From Pelagomonas calceolata (lineage: Eukaryota), in contig CAKKNE010000001.1 of the NCBI GenBank assembly GCA_918797485.1, positions 1,364,001 to 1,428,000 of the forward strand: a DNA stretch of 64,000 bases. Reading direction: 5' to 3'. Below are positions 48,587-57,402 of the stretch, piece by piece. Below the pieces are notes generated by a model that did not search any database, had not been told where the DNA came from, and saw nothing but the letters and a program-made list of their open reading frames with translations. The translations under genes were made by a program, and so were the position numbers. Every line of letters starts with the position of its first letter. Positions within the stretch are counted from its first letter, which is position 1.

Positions 48587-50104
48587 ATGCTGCGCGCCTG
48601 GCGCTACGACGCCGAGGAGCAGTGGCACCAGTCGCGGTCCCCGCTCGAGAACGTCCTGGCCGAGGGCTTTGAATTGCTACGGTGGTCCGTCCTCGCGGCG
48701 TCGACGATCGGCCCCGGGACGGTCATCGTGTGCAGCAAGGCGGGCTACCAGTACGCTTATAGGTTACTGTGGGCGCTCGTCTTGGCGTCGTTCGTCGCTT
48801 ATGCCTTACAAGAGGGTTCGGCTCGGTTATCCATCCGCGGCCGCACGACTTTGGGAGGAGCAATGCGCAAATTTATGCAAAAACAAATCTGCACGAGCGT
48901 CGCCGTTGGCATCTTGATCGGCAACACGGCCTACCAAGCGAACAATTTTGTGGGGGCGGCCGAAGCGTTGTATGCGCTCGGCGTACCTCGAAACAACCCG
49001 GGTATTAGGGTTGTTATTCATTTATTGTTGATGATGGCGATCCTCGCGACGTTATTCCTCGGTGATGTGGACAGAGTAAGTGCAGCTTTGGGCGTCGTCT
49101 CCATTTTGATGATTGTGGTCTTTGGCGTCGCCGTGGGCGAGCTCGGCGTGAACGGCTCCAAACTTTTTTTAGGTTTATTACCGTCCGTGCCGCCGTCGGG
49201 CTCCGCAGTGGTAGCTGTCTCGTTAGTAGCCACAACAGCAGTGCCCTTCAACGCCTTTCTGGCGTCGTGCTCGGCCAAGCCACCTAAAACTTCAGGCGAG
49301 CGCGCCGCATCAACAGCGGTGTCGTCGATGCGAAGGGGCGTCACTTTGAGTACGTGGATCGCCGCCATACTTAGTATATTAATTGCGGCGACGGGCGCCG
49401 GCGTCGCTCGAAGGGGAGACGTCGACGGCAGCTATTCGGTGGAGACGTTGGTCGACGCTTTACGGGAGGCCGAGGGCAAAGTCGCGGTCTTCGCTTTTGG
49501 TTTAGGGCTGTACGCGGCGGCCTTCTCGTCTACATTAACTGTGGCATTGGGCGCGGCCTTATGTTTGGGCAGCTTATTGAGTGACAAGGACGATGCCACC
49601 TGGAAGCCGCCTCATGGCAAAAATGCTCGTTTTGTTATTCTAGGAGTGAACTTCATTGCTTTTTTGGTTGGCGCGTCGGGCGCTCCTACCGTGCCCGTGG
49701 TGCTGGTGGCGCAGGTCGTCAACGGGTTGCTGCTACCCGTCGTCGCGCTATGTCTAGTGCTCTGCTTCGAATCGCCCAAGGTCATCAGTACGCCGCAACC
49801 GTTGTTACGGTCGGCTGCTCTCGTGTTTTCATTTGCGACGACCGTTTTCCTCGCGGCGGACGGCGTCCTCAGCAAAGTTGCTGATGCGTCCGTGGCAATA
49901 AACGTGGCCTTCGCGCTTTCAATACTAGCGACGGTGGGCCTGATCGCGCTGCTGTGGTGGATGCGGAAGGGGCGCTCCAAGGAACAGGCGGAATTTGAAT
50001 TGAGCTGCCGCGAGCTGCCGGTGCCGAACCCGCTCGCTTCACAACTCGGGTCGCCGTCTCTTACTAGGCGTGCTGTCGATACGAACGTGGCGCCGGCGCC
50101 TTGA
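48587..50104 (+). CDS. NRAMP-superfamily divalent cation transporter (non-canonical TM1 motif)
   Basis: IGPGT.....AG..Y.Y.LLWA, QE.SARL, AAAFSS, AQV.NG.LLP; about 11 TM segments. Confidence 0.85.
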   Translation: MLRAWRYDAEEQWHQSRSPLENVLAEGFELLRWSVLAASTIGPGTVIVCSKAGYQYAYRLLWALVLASFVAYALQEGSARLSIRGRTTLGGAMRKFMQKQICTSVAVGILIGNTAYQANNFVGAAEALYALGVPRNNPGIRVVIHLLLMMAILATLFLGDVDRVSAALGVVSILMIVVFGVAVGELGVNGSKLFLGLLPSVPPSGSAVVAVSLVATTAVPFNAFLASCSAKPPKTSGERAASTAVSSMRRGVTLSTWIAAILSILIAATGAGVARRGDVDGSYSVETLVDALREAEGKVAVFAFGLGLYAAAFSSTLTVALGAALCLGSLLSDKDDATWKPPHGKNARFVILGVNFIAFLVGASGAPTVPVVLVAQVVNGLLLPVVALCLVLCFESPKVISTPQPLLRSAALVFSFATTVFLAADGVLSKVADASVAINVAFALSILATVGLIALLWWMRKGRSKEQAEFELSCRELPVPNPLASQLGSPSLTRRAVDTNVAPAP

Positions 50105-50319
50105 TTGTCTAGTTTGTTGTGTGTAACCTTGTCTTGTCTATCGCTTTGGCGCCTCGATGGCGTCCCTCACAAACACGCCGGGTTCGACGCCCCAAATCAC
50201 GGGTACGAAAATCCTCTTGGGTTCGACCAGACCTGTGAGAGAAGCCGGGAGATCTCTCCGGATCCGACGGGCACTAGAAGCTAGCGTAATCGACATACTA
50301 GCAAATTGAAAGATACGCC

Positions 50320-51731
50320 TCTGTAGCGTCAAAAGAATGACTCAAATTCAGAATACATCCGAGTCGTTCGCCAAGACCAAATATTTGAGAGTAGCGGTCC
50401 GGGAACCTGCCCTCGCGCCTCCCGGAAGGCACCGCCCGTGACATTCGCGGATGAGTCTTATGAGTTTCCAAAGTAGACCCGCGATTGACAGCGCCTTTTA
50501 CCGTCCAATTGCTACATTATATCAACTCCAGCCCAGTTTTCATAGACACTCGACGGAACCGGAGCCGACGGCCCGCGCTCGGAGGGCGGGAGAAGAATTC
50601 TACTAGACGACTCTCGTGTTTATGTTCGTTTCCTTCCGTTTGTTAGTGGTAGAGTCCATGCAGCCGGCCAGAACATCCACTGAGCATGATCATGTACTCC
50701 GTTAAAGCCTCTGGATTCGGCAACTCCGCGCCCCTGTTTTTACCTGAAGATTGGCGCAACTACTAGATCCGCGAGTATCAGCGACGACACCATCCAGATG
50801 GACCATAACGCCGTTGTTCTATTCACAATCGACCGACTTGCTCGTTCTCCGCGGACGACGGTGCGTAGACGGAGCACCAGAAAGGCCCCAGACCGGTAGG
50901 TTGTGAAATAAATTTGCGTTTCAGGCGGTTCGGTTCCGGGAAGGGCCAGATAACCGGCCTGACTGCTCACTACATTGCTCCGAGACCCCAAGATGCTCGG
51001 CGCGGGTCGTCGGTCTCGCGACCCCACGATCTCAATTAGATGGGCTTTAAACCCGGACCTACGCCCATCAGCCCGTGTACCTTCACCATGGACCATGATG
51101 CGATCGTTTGTTCCATGACCGACGGACTTACGCGCGGTCCAGATCAAGATGTTCACGTCCCGAGCGTGGGCAGCCAAAAGTACCCTTCTTATAATGTAGA
51201 TGTCCTATACTTGTAATTGACTATCGGTGGGTTAGTATGGGGTCCAAAGAGACCGCTACGGCGACTACTGGGGGGCCTCGGGTAATTGACGTTTTTGCCG
51301 GGAACGGGGCGCCATCGGGCGCAAATTATTTACTTTTTGTGGATGCAGATCGGTTCGCGGACTCCCTCTGGGATAGGTCTGGGGTCGGGTAGTCGCCTAC
51401 GCCGCATGCGCCCGTCCTTGGAGCTCCCAGAGAGCTCTGGATCCAAAACTTTGGCATTTTGTGCTATAGACATCTGGCTTGAGATGCATCTTGGCAGATG
51501 TATCTACCGATGGAAGCGCCCGCGCATGCGGCGTAGGCGATTGCACATGTCGATAACAGGGCCTAAGCGACCTCGGGGAGTCCTCAGGACCACGAATCGA
51601 CAGGATTCCACCGACGCGCCCGCCATGGTGGCGTCGTCAATTTCGCGCATTTAAAAAAAGATTTTGGCCCCCAGTAAGTGTCCCATTGATCTCTTTGGAC
51701 CAGTATTGAACCGAATGATACTCAAACGACT
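50320..51731 (+). ncRNA. Candidate large structured non-coding RNA (boundaries approximate)
   Basis: No credible ORF, lower GC. Nested helices 51241-51252/51690-51701, 51266-51277/51666-51676, 51284-51291/51635-51642, 51359-51366/51576-51583 and 51393-51411/51522-51540; G-U pairs favour the + strand. Confidence 0.55.
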
Positions 51732-51957
51732 GCATGGCGCGTTGCTCCGGTTTTGCATGCTAGTGTCTTTACAGCCCCGCTAGCCTCATTAGTCTCGACA
51801 CTTGAGGGCTCTGCTGTGGCCGCTGCGTGCCCGGTAGGGGCGCTTGGTCACATTTCTCGACCCTCGTTACGCCGCCTGTCTACCACTGGACCGCTACCAG
51901 CGCTTCGCGCCCGCTGGGGGACACTTGAGCTGCGCGCTGTGACACTCTGACCTAAGA

Positions 51958-52503
51958 ATGCGACGGAGACCGACCCGATTGGTCATCGCCGCCGTTCTGG
52001 CACACACTGTCGCCGGCCTCGTGCTGCCGAGGAGGCACACGCTGTCGCCGAAAGCCGCCGCGCCGTCGACGAGCCGCGGCGCGCCCTTGCTTGCCCAAGT
52101 CGACGAGGAGCTCCAGGAGACCGTCGAAAAATCTGGTGTGGAGGGCGGCCTCTTCTCCATCTTCACGGGCGACGGCGACGCCAAGGAGAAGGCGACGACC
52201 GCAGGAGATTTACTAAAACAGTACGGAGGGGCCTACTTACTAACCTCGACGTCCTTCGCCATCGTCTCCTTCGCGATCTGCTACACGTTGGTCTCCAACG
52301 GCGTCGACGTCGCTGGCTTGCTCGGGAAGATCGGCATCGAGCCCTCCCAAAATGCGCAGACGGGCGGGACCTTCGCGATCGCCTACGCGGCGCACAAGGC
52401 CGCGTCGCCCATCAGGTTCCCTCCCACCGTGGCGCTGACGCCGGTCGTGGCGAAGATGCTTGGGAAGGGTGATGGGGAGGCAGACGCGGAGGACGACGCG
52501 TAG
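51958..52503 (+). CDS. DUF1279 (FAM210-like) protein, likely plastid-targeted
   Basis: LLKQYGGAYL.TS, GVDV..LL, FAIAYAAHKA.SPIRFPPTVALTP.VA. Confidence 0.88.
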   Translation: MRRRPTRLVIAAVLAHTVAGLVLPRRHTLSPKAAAPSTSRGAPLLAQVDEELQETVEKSGVEGGLFSIFTGDGDAKEKATTAGDLLKQYGGAYLLTSTSFAIVSFAICYTLVSNGVDVAGLLGKIGIEPSQNAQTGGTFAIAYAAHKAASPIRFPPTVALTPVVAKMLGKGDGEADAEDDA

Positions 52504-53827
52504 GCGGGCGCGCTTGCTTCTTGAGGTGAGTAAGCTGGCTTTTAATAATAGTCTCGTAGTCGCTTCAGGCGCGAGACCGTTCAAATCGATAATACCCGCA
52601 AGATAAGGCCATGGAAATTGGAGTCAAATCGGGCAGAACACACGCGCGCGCCAACCCATATTCACTCATGGCTCGTCTACCGCTTCTCATCGCCGCCTCC
52701 GTCGCGACGATGGTCAATTCCGCCGCTCATAAATGCGCGTTGCGGCGAAATGAATCAAGACACTCGCGCCAAGATGCTTATACGACGCGCGCGAGCTTCA
52801 ATCCGGCGCAACGTGACGCTGTAACACGCGCCCAAGTTGGCTGGACCCACGACACCAGCCGCCGCTAGTAAAATGCGCGGAACGCGACGAACGCGACGCC
52901 CGGCCCGCACGGAAAGAGGCAGGCAGCGCTAGACTCGCCGACACGCCGCCGCTGCGCGTGCGCGAGTCAAGCTCCACGACGCCGCCGCCGCGCGCAGGCC
53001 CGGACGGCACGATGGACCTCCACGTATTCCTCTACGACGGCATCGTCCGCGACAAGTATTGATTCTATCCAGAGGCGCGTGGCGCGCGAGTCGACGGCAG
53101 CGAGCCGGTGCCAGAGGCCACGGTCAAGGCCGTCGAGGTGCCGCCGCCGGGGCCGCCGCCGGACTACCAAGGGACTCCGAACCCGGTCCGGGCGGAGGGC
53201 GAGATGATCTGAAGTATGCGCCCCCGTCGTTGCTCATAGTGTCGCTAAGTCTGACTGATCTGTACCTGGTCACACCTGGTCGCGTCGATGGCGTGGGGCC
53301 GCCGGCGGGCGTGCTGGCGGCTCCACGTACTCGGTCTCCACGGATACGTCCAAAGGACCAGCTCTGACGAGAGATACGCCAAAATACCTTCAAGACCGAG
53401 CCTAGTGGCCTTATGCGTTAGCACACCGATTTTGCCCCGCATCACCTCCACCCGTTTTGCGGGGCAACCACATATTGCCAGGGAGCATCAGTCGCAGCGC
53501 AGAGCCGAAATTCACATTGCTCCCAAACCGGCCAGCTTGCGCTGCATCAAACTAAGCGCTAACGCGCGCTCCCGAAATTGCGGCGACGGTCTTCTTCCCT
53601 TCCTCGGGCATTGCAACCGCCTGAGGAAGAGGACGAGGATGCTCACAGCAGTCGCAGTGGCTGGCACGACTCCGCCGACGCAAATTCTTCGCATAAACTT
53701 ACACAGGACCTCCCCGCCGCAGGTCGCGGAAAGACGCCGAAGTAGACTTTAGGTAGCAGGCGTCGCAGGTCGCCGCTCGTAGTGGACTTTAAGCAGCAGG
53801 GGAGGCCGCACGAACCCCACAGCCAAG

Positions 53828-55225
53828 ATGGCGGACGCGCCACCAATCACGATGCGCATGCAGGCCTGGGTCTACTTCGTGACCTGGATCCAGTACGCCG
53901 CGAATCACATCACGCGGAAGTGTTATACTAATGTGAAGAACGTCATGATCAAGTTAGGGCTCTCAAAAATGGTCCTGGGGCGCATGGACGCGGGCTTCAT
54001 GTTCACGTATGCGTTTGGCGCGCCGCTCGCCGGCCAGCTCGGCGACATGTATGATCCGAGCATGGTGCTAGGCGTCGGACTCTACGGCTCCGCCGCGTGC
54101 ATCTTCATGCTCATTTTTGGGATGTGGAACCACCTGGGGGAAGCGGGACCGTTCATCGCGAACACGTACTTCCTGGGCGTCTACCTCGTGTTCGGCTTCT
54201 TCCAGGCGATCGGAGGCCCCGTCGGCACGGCTATCATGGGCAACTGGATGGTCACGCCGGAGGCCCGGAGGAACCGCGGTCTGATCTACGGGACCTGGAC
54301 GACGCACCAGTACCTCGGGAACATCATCGCCCCAGTGATTATCGTGTTGTGCAACATTTCGCATGCCAAGTGGTGGTGGGGCCTCATGTGGCCCGTCTTC
54401 ATCAACGCGGGCTGGGGCTTGGTGTGCCATTTCGCCTTGCCCGCTACTCCGGAGGCGCATGCGCGGAAAGAGGCCGCGGAAAAAGCCGCCCTCACTGGTA
54501 CTACTCTCAATACAGTGCCCGAGGAGCCCGCCAAGCGCGGCATCACGATCAAGGAGGCCCTGCAGATCCCGTCGGTGGCGGGCTACTGCGTCGCCTTCGG
54601 GTTCATGAAGACGATCAACTACGTGTTGTTCTTCTGGCTGCCCCTCTTCCTGCAGACGCACTTCGAGCCGGACACGGCGAACATGATTAGTACGTTGTAC
54701 GACTTCGGGATGATGCCGGGCGGGATCATTGTTGGTGTGGTTTCTGATGCCATGGGTGGTAGAAGAGGCTGCGTCATCGTCGTATTTTTATTAATACTAT
54801 GCCCGTTATTGATGATCATGGCGCTGTTCGCGGACACGCTGAACACCTTCACGTTGATGGTCATGCTGGCCTGCATGGGTATCCTCATTGGCGGGCCGAA
54901 CAACATCGTGACGTCAGCTGTGGCCGCTGATCTCGCGGAGCACCCGTCCATCAGAGGGTCGAAGTCGGCCCTGGGTACCGTCGTCGGTTTGATTAACGGC
55001 TCGGGGTCGTTTGTCGCGGCCATGGGCCAGATGGCCGTCCCGGTCATCACGGACGCGTTGGGCTGGAGCGCGCTCTGGTACTTCATGCTCTGCTCGACGG
55101 TCATCTCGTGCCTGCTGATGATCCCGAAGATCAAGCAGGAGCTGGCCGGCGAGGAGGCCGCGCCGGCGCCGCCCAAGTCGTCGGGCGGCTACGCGACGAT
55201 CAGCACGGCCGAGCAGAAGGCCTAG
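53828..55225 (+). CDS. MFS sugar-phosphate/glycerol-3-phosphate transporter (SLC37/OPA family)
   Basis: Y...H.TRK, G.LGD, MGNW.....RG.I.G.W..HQ..GNI, K..NY...FWLP, AV.ADL. Confidence 0.9.
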   Translation: MADAPPITMRMQAWVYFVTWIQYAANHITRKCYTNVKNVMIKLGLSKMVLGRMDAGFMFTYAFGAPLAGQLGDMYDPSMVLGVGLYGSAACIFMLIFGMWNHLGEAGPFIANTYFLGVYLVFGFFQAIGGPVGTAIMGNWMVTPEARRNRGLIYGTWTTHQYLGNIIAPVIIVLCNISHAKWWWGLMWPVFINAGWGLVCHFALPATPEAHARKEAAEKAALTGTTLNTVPEEPAKRGITIKEALQIPSVAGYCVAFGFMKTINYVLFFWLPLFLQTHFEPDTANMISTLYDFGMMPGGIIVGVVSDAMGGRRGCVIVVFLLILCPLLMIMALFADTLNTFTLMVMLACMGILIGGPNNIVTSAVAADLAEHPSIRGSKSALGTVVGLINGSGSFVAAMGQMAVPVITDALGWSALWYFMLCSTVISCLLMIPKIKQELAGEEAAPAPPKSSGGYATISTAEQKA

Positions 55226-55274
55226 ACCTATCCCTATCCCCTCCCTCCCCCTTAACCACATAGTATCGATAGTC

Positions 55275-55911
55275 TTAGGCGGTCGCGGTCGCGGGGGCTT
55301 TCGCCGGCGTGAAGGGGTAGAACCCCGCGTGCAGGTAGAACTCGACCTGCGTGATCGCACGCGTCGAGCGGACGTCGCGTCGATGGCGTGACTCGGAGAC
55401 GGACGACTTTGCGGACGAGCTCCGGCGGCAGGAGGTGCGCGAGCTTCGGCGAAAGCGTCTTGGCGAGGGCGGCGAGGTGGGCGCGTTCGTAGGCCTTGAA
55501 GCCGCCGGCGCTGATAACTCGGCTCAGGTATGGCTCTTCCGAGAATGGCTGCCAAGATACCTCCGTTGGAAGCTCGGAGCCGGCGCGTAGAAGTAGCGGG
55601 TAAACATGAGCTTTCCTCGTAGAGTAGATGTAGTCAATTGCCGTCCAATTCGTGTTCGTTTTAACATCGACGGCGGCGCCCGCCTCAAGCAGCATGCGAA
55701 TGATGTTTTCGGACCCGTTATACGCTGCCGAGTGTAGCGCCGTAAATCCCATGTGATCCGTCACGGCATTCGGATCGGCCCCCGCCCGCAACAGCATTGA
55801 TACGCAGTCTGCATCCTCATTAGCCGCGATAAAAAGAGGAGTAGAACCATACTCGTCGCGCATGTCCGGCGAAACACCCCGCTCGAGCTCGCGTCGCACT
55901 GTCTCGACGTA
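55275..55911 (-). pseudogene. 5'-truncated ankyrin-repeat gene with F-box-like tail; intron 55347-55404
   Basis: GSTPLFIAA, GFTALHSAAYNG..IIRMLLEAGA; tail LLPPELVRKV|VEFYLHAGFY. The 5' end is replaced by an inverted paralogous fragment. Confidence 0.7.
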
Positions 55912-56103
55912 CTCTCCGAAGACCCATACATGAGCCGAATTCTCAGCGCCGGCGGCTTCAAGGCCTACGAACGCGCCCACCTCGCCGCCCTCGCCAAGAC
56001 GCTGTCGCCGAAGCTCGCGCACCTGCTGCCGCCGGAGCTCGTCCGCAAGGTCGTCGAGTTCTACCTGCACGCGGGATTCTACCCCTTCACGCCGGCCGCC
56101 TAA
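55912..56103 (+). pseudogene. Inverted, intron-less 3' fragment of a paralogous ankyrin gene
   Basis: Near-identical reverse complement of 55303-55545 except for the 58-nt intron; ends GCC TAA. Confidence 0.8.
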
Positions 56104-56130
56104 GAATACGTGTCAATAATAAGCTACTAC

Positions 56131-56922
56131 TTAGTCCTCGACGTCCGGATACGTCCCGAGCACGAGCTCGGCCTCGTCCGAGATCTCCTCGCCCACCGTT
56201 GAAACCAGCGCCTGAATCTTGTCGGGTGTCAGGTCCCCGTCGCCCCGCCAGTTCCGCGCGTGCAACAGCTGGTAGCGGTAGCCCTCGAGCCAGACCTCGA
56301 ACAACGGCAGGTCCTCTTCCGGCTCGGGGTCGACGTTATGTGCTACTTCCACTCTCATACCATGAGCACCTCTCAGAGCATCCGTCAGCTCGACGACCGT
56401 CGCGTTGTCCTCCGACGTTCCTCTCGTGACGCACACGACCACCCCTCGACACACCGGATCCGTGTGCAACAGCCCCAGACCTCGCTCGCGCGCGAACGCC
56501 TCCTCGGCCTCGGCTTGTAGTCTACGTTTCTCGGCCCTCGCCGCGTTCTTCTCGGCCTTGTCCTCCATCTCCGCGCGCCGCCGCTGCCACTCCTCCTCGA
56601 GCGACGCGGCCGAGTCGCCAGCATCTCCCATCCGCAGCAACTCCGCCAACCCATCGTCGTCGTCGTCGTCGTCGGCCGGCGGTGGGGGCGTTGCCTCATC
56701 ATCTAAAGCTAGCAGGTCGTCGTCCTCATCATCTAACAGGTCAGACAAATCATCAAATTCTTCAGCAGTGGGTTCGGGCAGCGCGTCTCCCGTTGATTCC
56801 GGCGGGAGCGGCGGCTCATCGGAGTATACGATAGGAGCGCGCCGCCGTCGCACGAGGCTCGGCGGCGTCAGCGCCTTGGCGAGCACGCAGACGAGCAGCT
56901 GTGCTGCGGTGCGGCGGCGCAT
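56131..56922 (-). CDS. Hypothetical protein with signal/plastid-type presequence and possible thioredoxin-like (Rdx) C-terminus
   Basis: Hydrophobic leader AKAL, acidic linker, FEVWL....LLH.R. Confidence 0.6.
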   Translation of the reverse strand: MRRRTAAQLLVCVLAKALTPPSLVRRRRAPIVYSDEPPLPPESTGDALPEPTAEEFDDLSDLLDDEDDDLLALDDEATPPPPADDDDDDDGLAELLRMGDAGDSAASLEEEWQRRRAEMEDKAEKNAARAEKRRLQAEAEEAFARERGLGLLHTDPVCRGVVVCVTRGTSEDNATVVELTDALRGAHGMRVEVAHNVDPEPEEDLPLFEVWLEGYRYQLLHARNWRGDGDLTPDKIQALVSTVGEEISDEAELVLGTYPDVED

Positions 56923-57199
56923 GGCGTCGAGTTTGTTGCGGGCGCGCGCTGCGAGCAGTGCAGCGAATGCGTGAGTAGTGGCTTGTGGCACGCGCGAGGT
57001 GCAGGTCTCCGCGCGGCCCGGCGTCGGTAGCGCAATCTCGCTGGGCTGGCTGAAGTTGGTTGTAGTGCTGCGTGCGCTGTCTCAAAGTGGAGCGAAGCGG
57101 CCGCGACGCGTTCGTAGGATGAAAATAAATGCCGCGGTGCGTCAGCTGCGTGTCACGTGCAGCAGTGGCGCCCGTTGAAGCCCTTGAAGTTCCGGGTGG

Positions 57200-57225
57200 G
57201 CTAGCGGCAGTAAGACACTAGCAAA
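57200..57225 (-). promoter_or_regulatory. Recurrent intergenic CTAG-bounded quasi-palindrome
   Basis: 26/26 identity to 29531-29556; lies between divergent genes. Confidence 0.6.
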
Positions 57226-57402
57226 CACTCAAGGCAGACGTACATCGGCCTGTAACGCACGTCCTAGCCCGAGCGGAAGGCTCAACTGCCACGAGTGGCA
57301 CCCATTTATAGACAGATCTTGGCCCGCGCGACGAAAAACGCGGCAGCGGCCGTGCCATCGAGCTCTGACCTCCGAGAGCCGAGGCGAACAAGTGCTGCAC
57401 CA

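Noticed and set aside
50740..51654. ORFs 50740-51177 (-) and 51286-51654 (+)
   Set aside because: Non-ATG starts, no host codon bias and no recognisable motifs.
50150..51730. Identification of the structured region as telomerase RNA, group II intron, hammerhead, snRNA or SRP RNA
   Set aside because: I found no CTAACCCTA-type template on +, no domain V consensus, no CTGATGA core and no U1/U2 5' consensus. Partial matches (TTTACCTG, ATTGCAC, GATTTTGG) are too short.
52600..53750. Possible gene between the DUF1279 and MFS genes
   Set aside because: Only short ORFs without motifs; I could not build a consistent spliced model around the introner core at ~53281.
55252..56070. 272-aa ORF as an intact ankyrin gene
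   Set aside because: Its N-terminus is the antisense of the inverted paralogue fragment, and its C-terminus reads through an intron.
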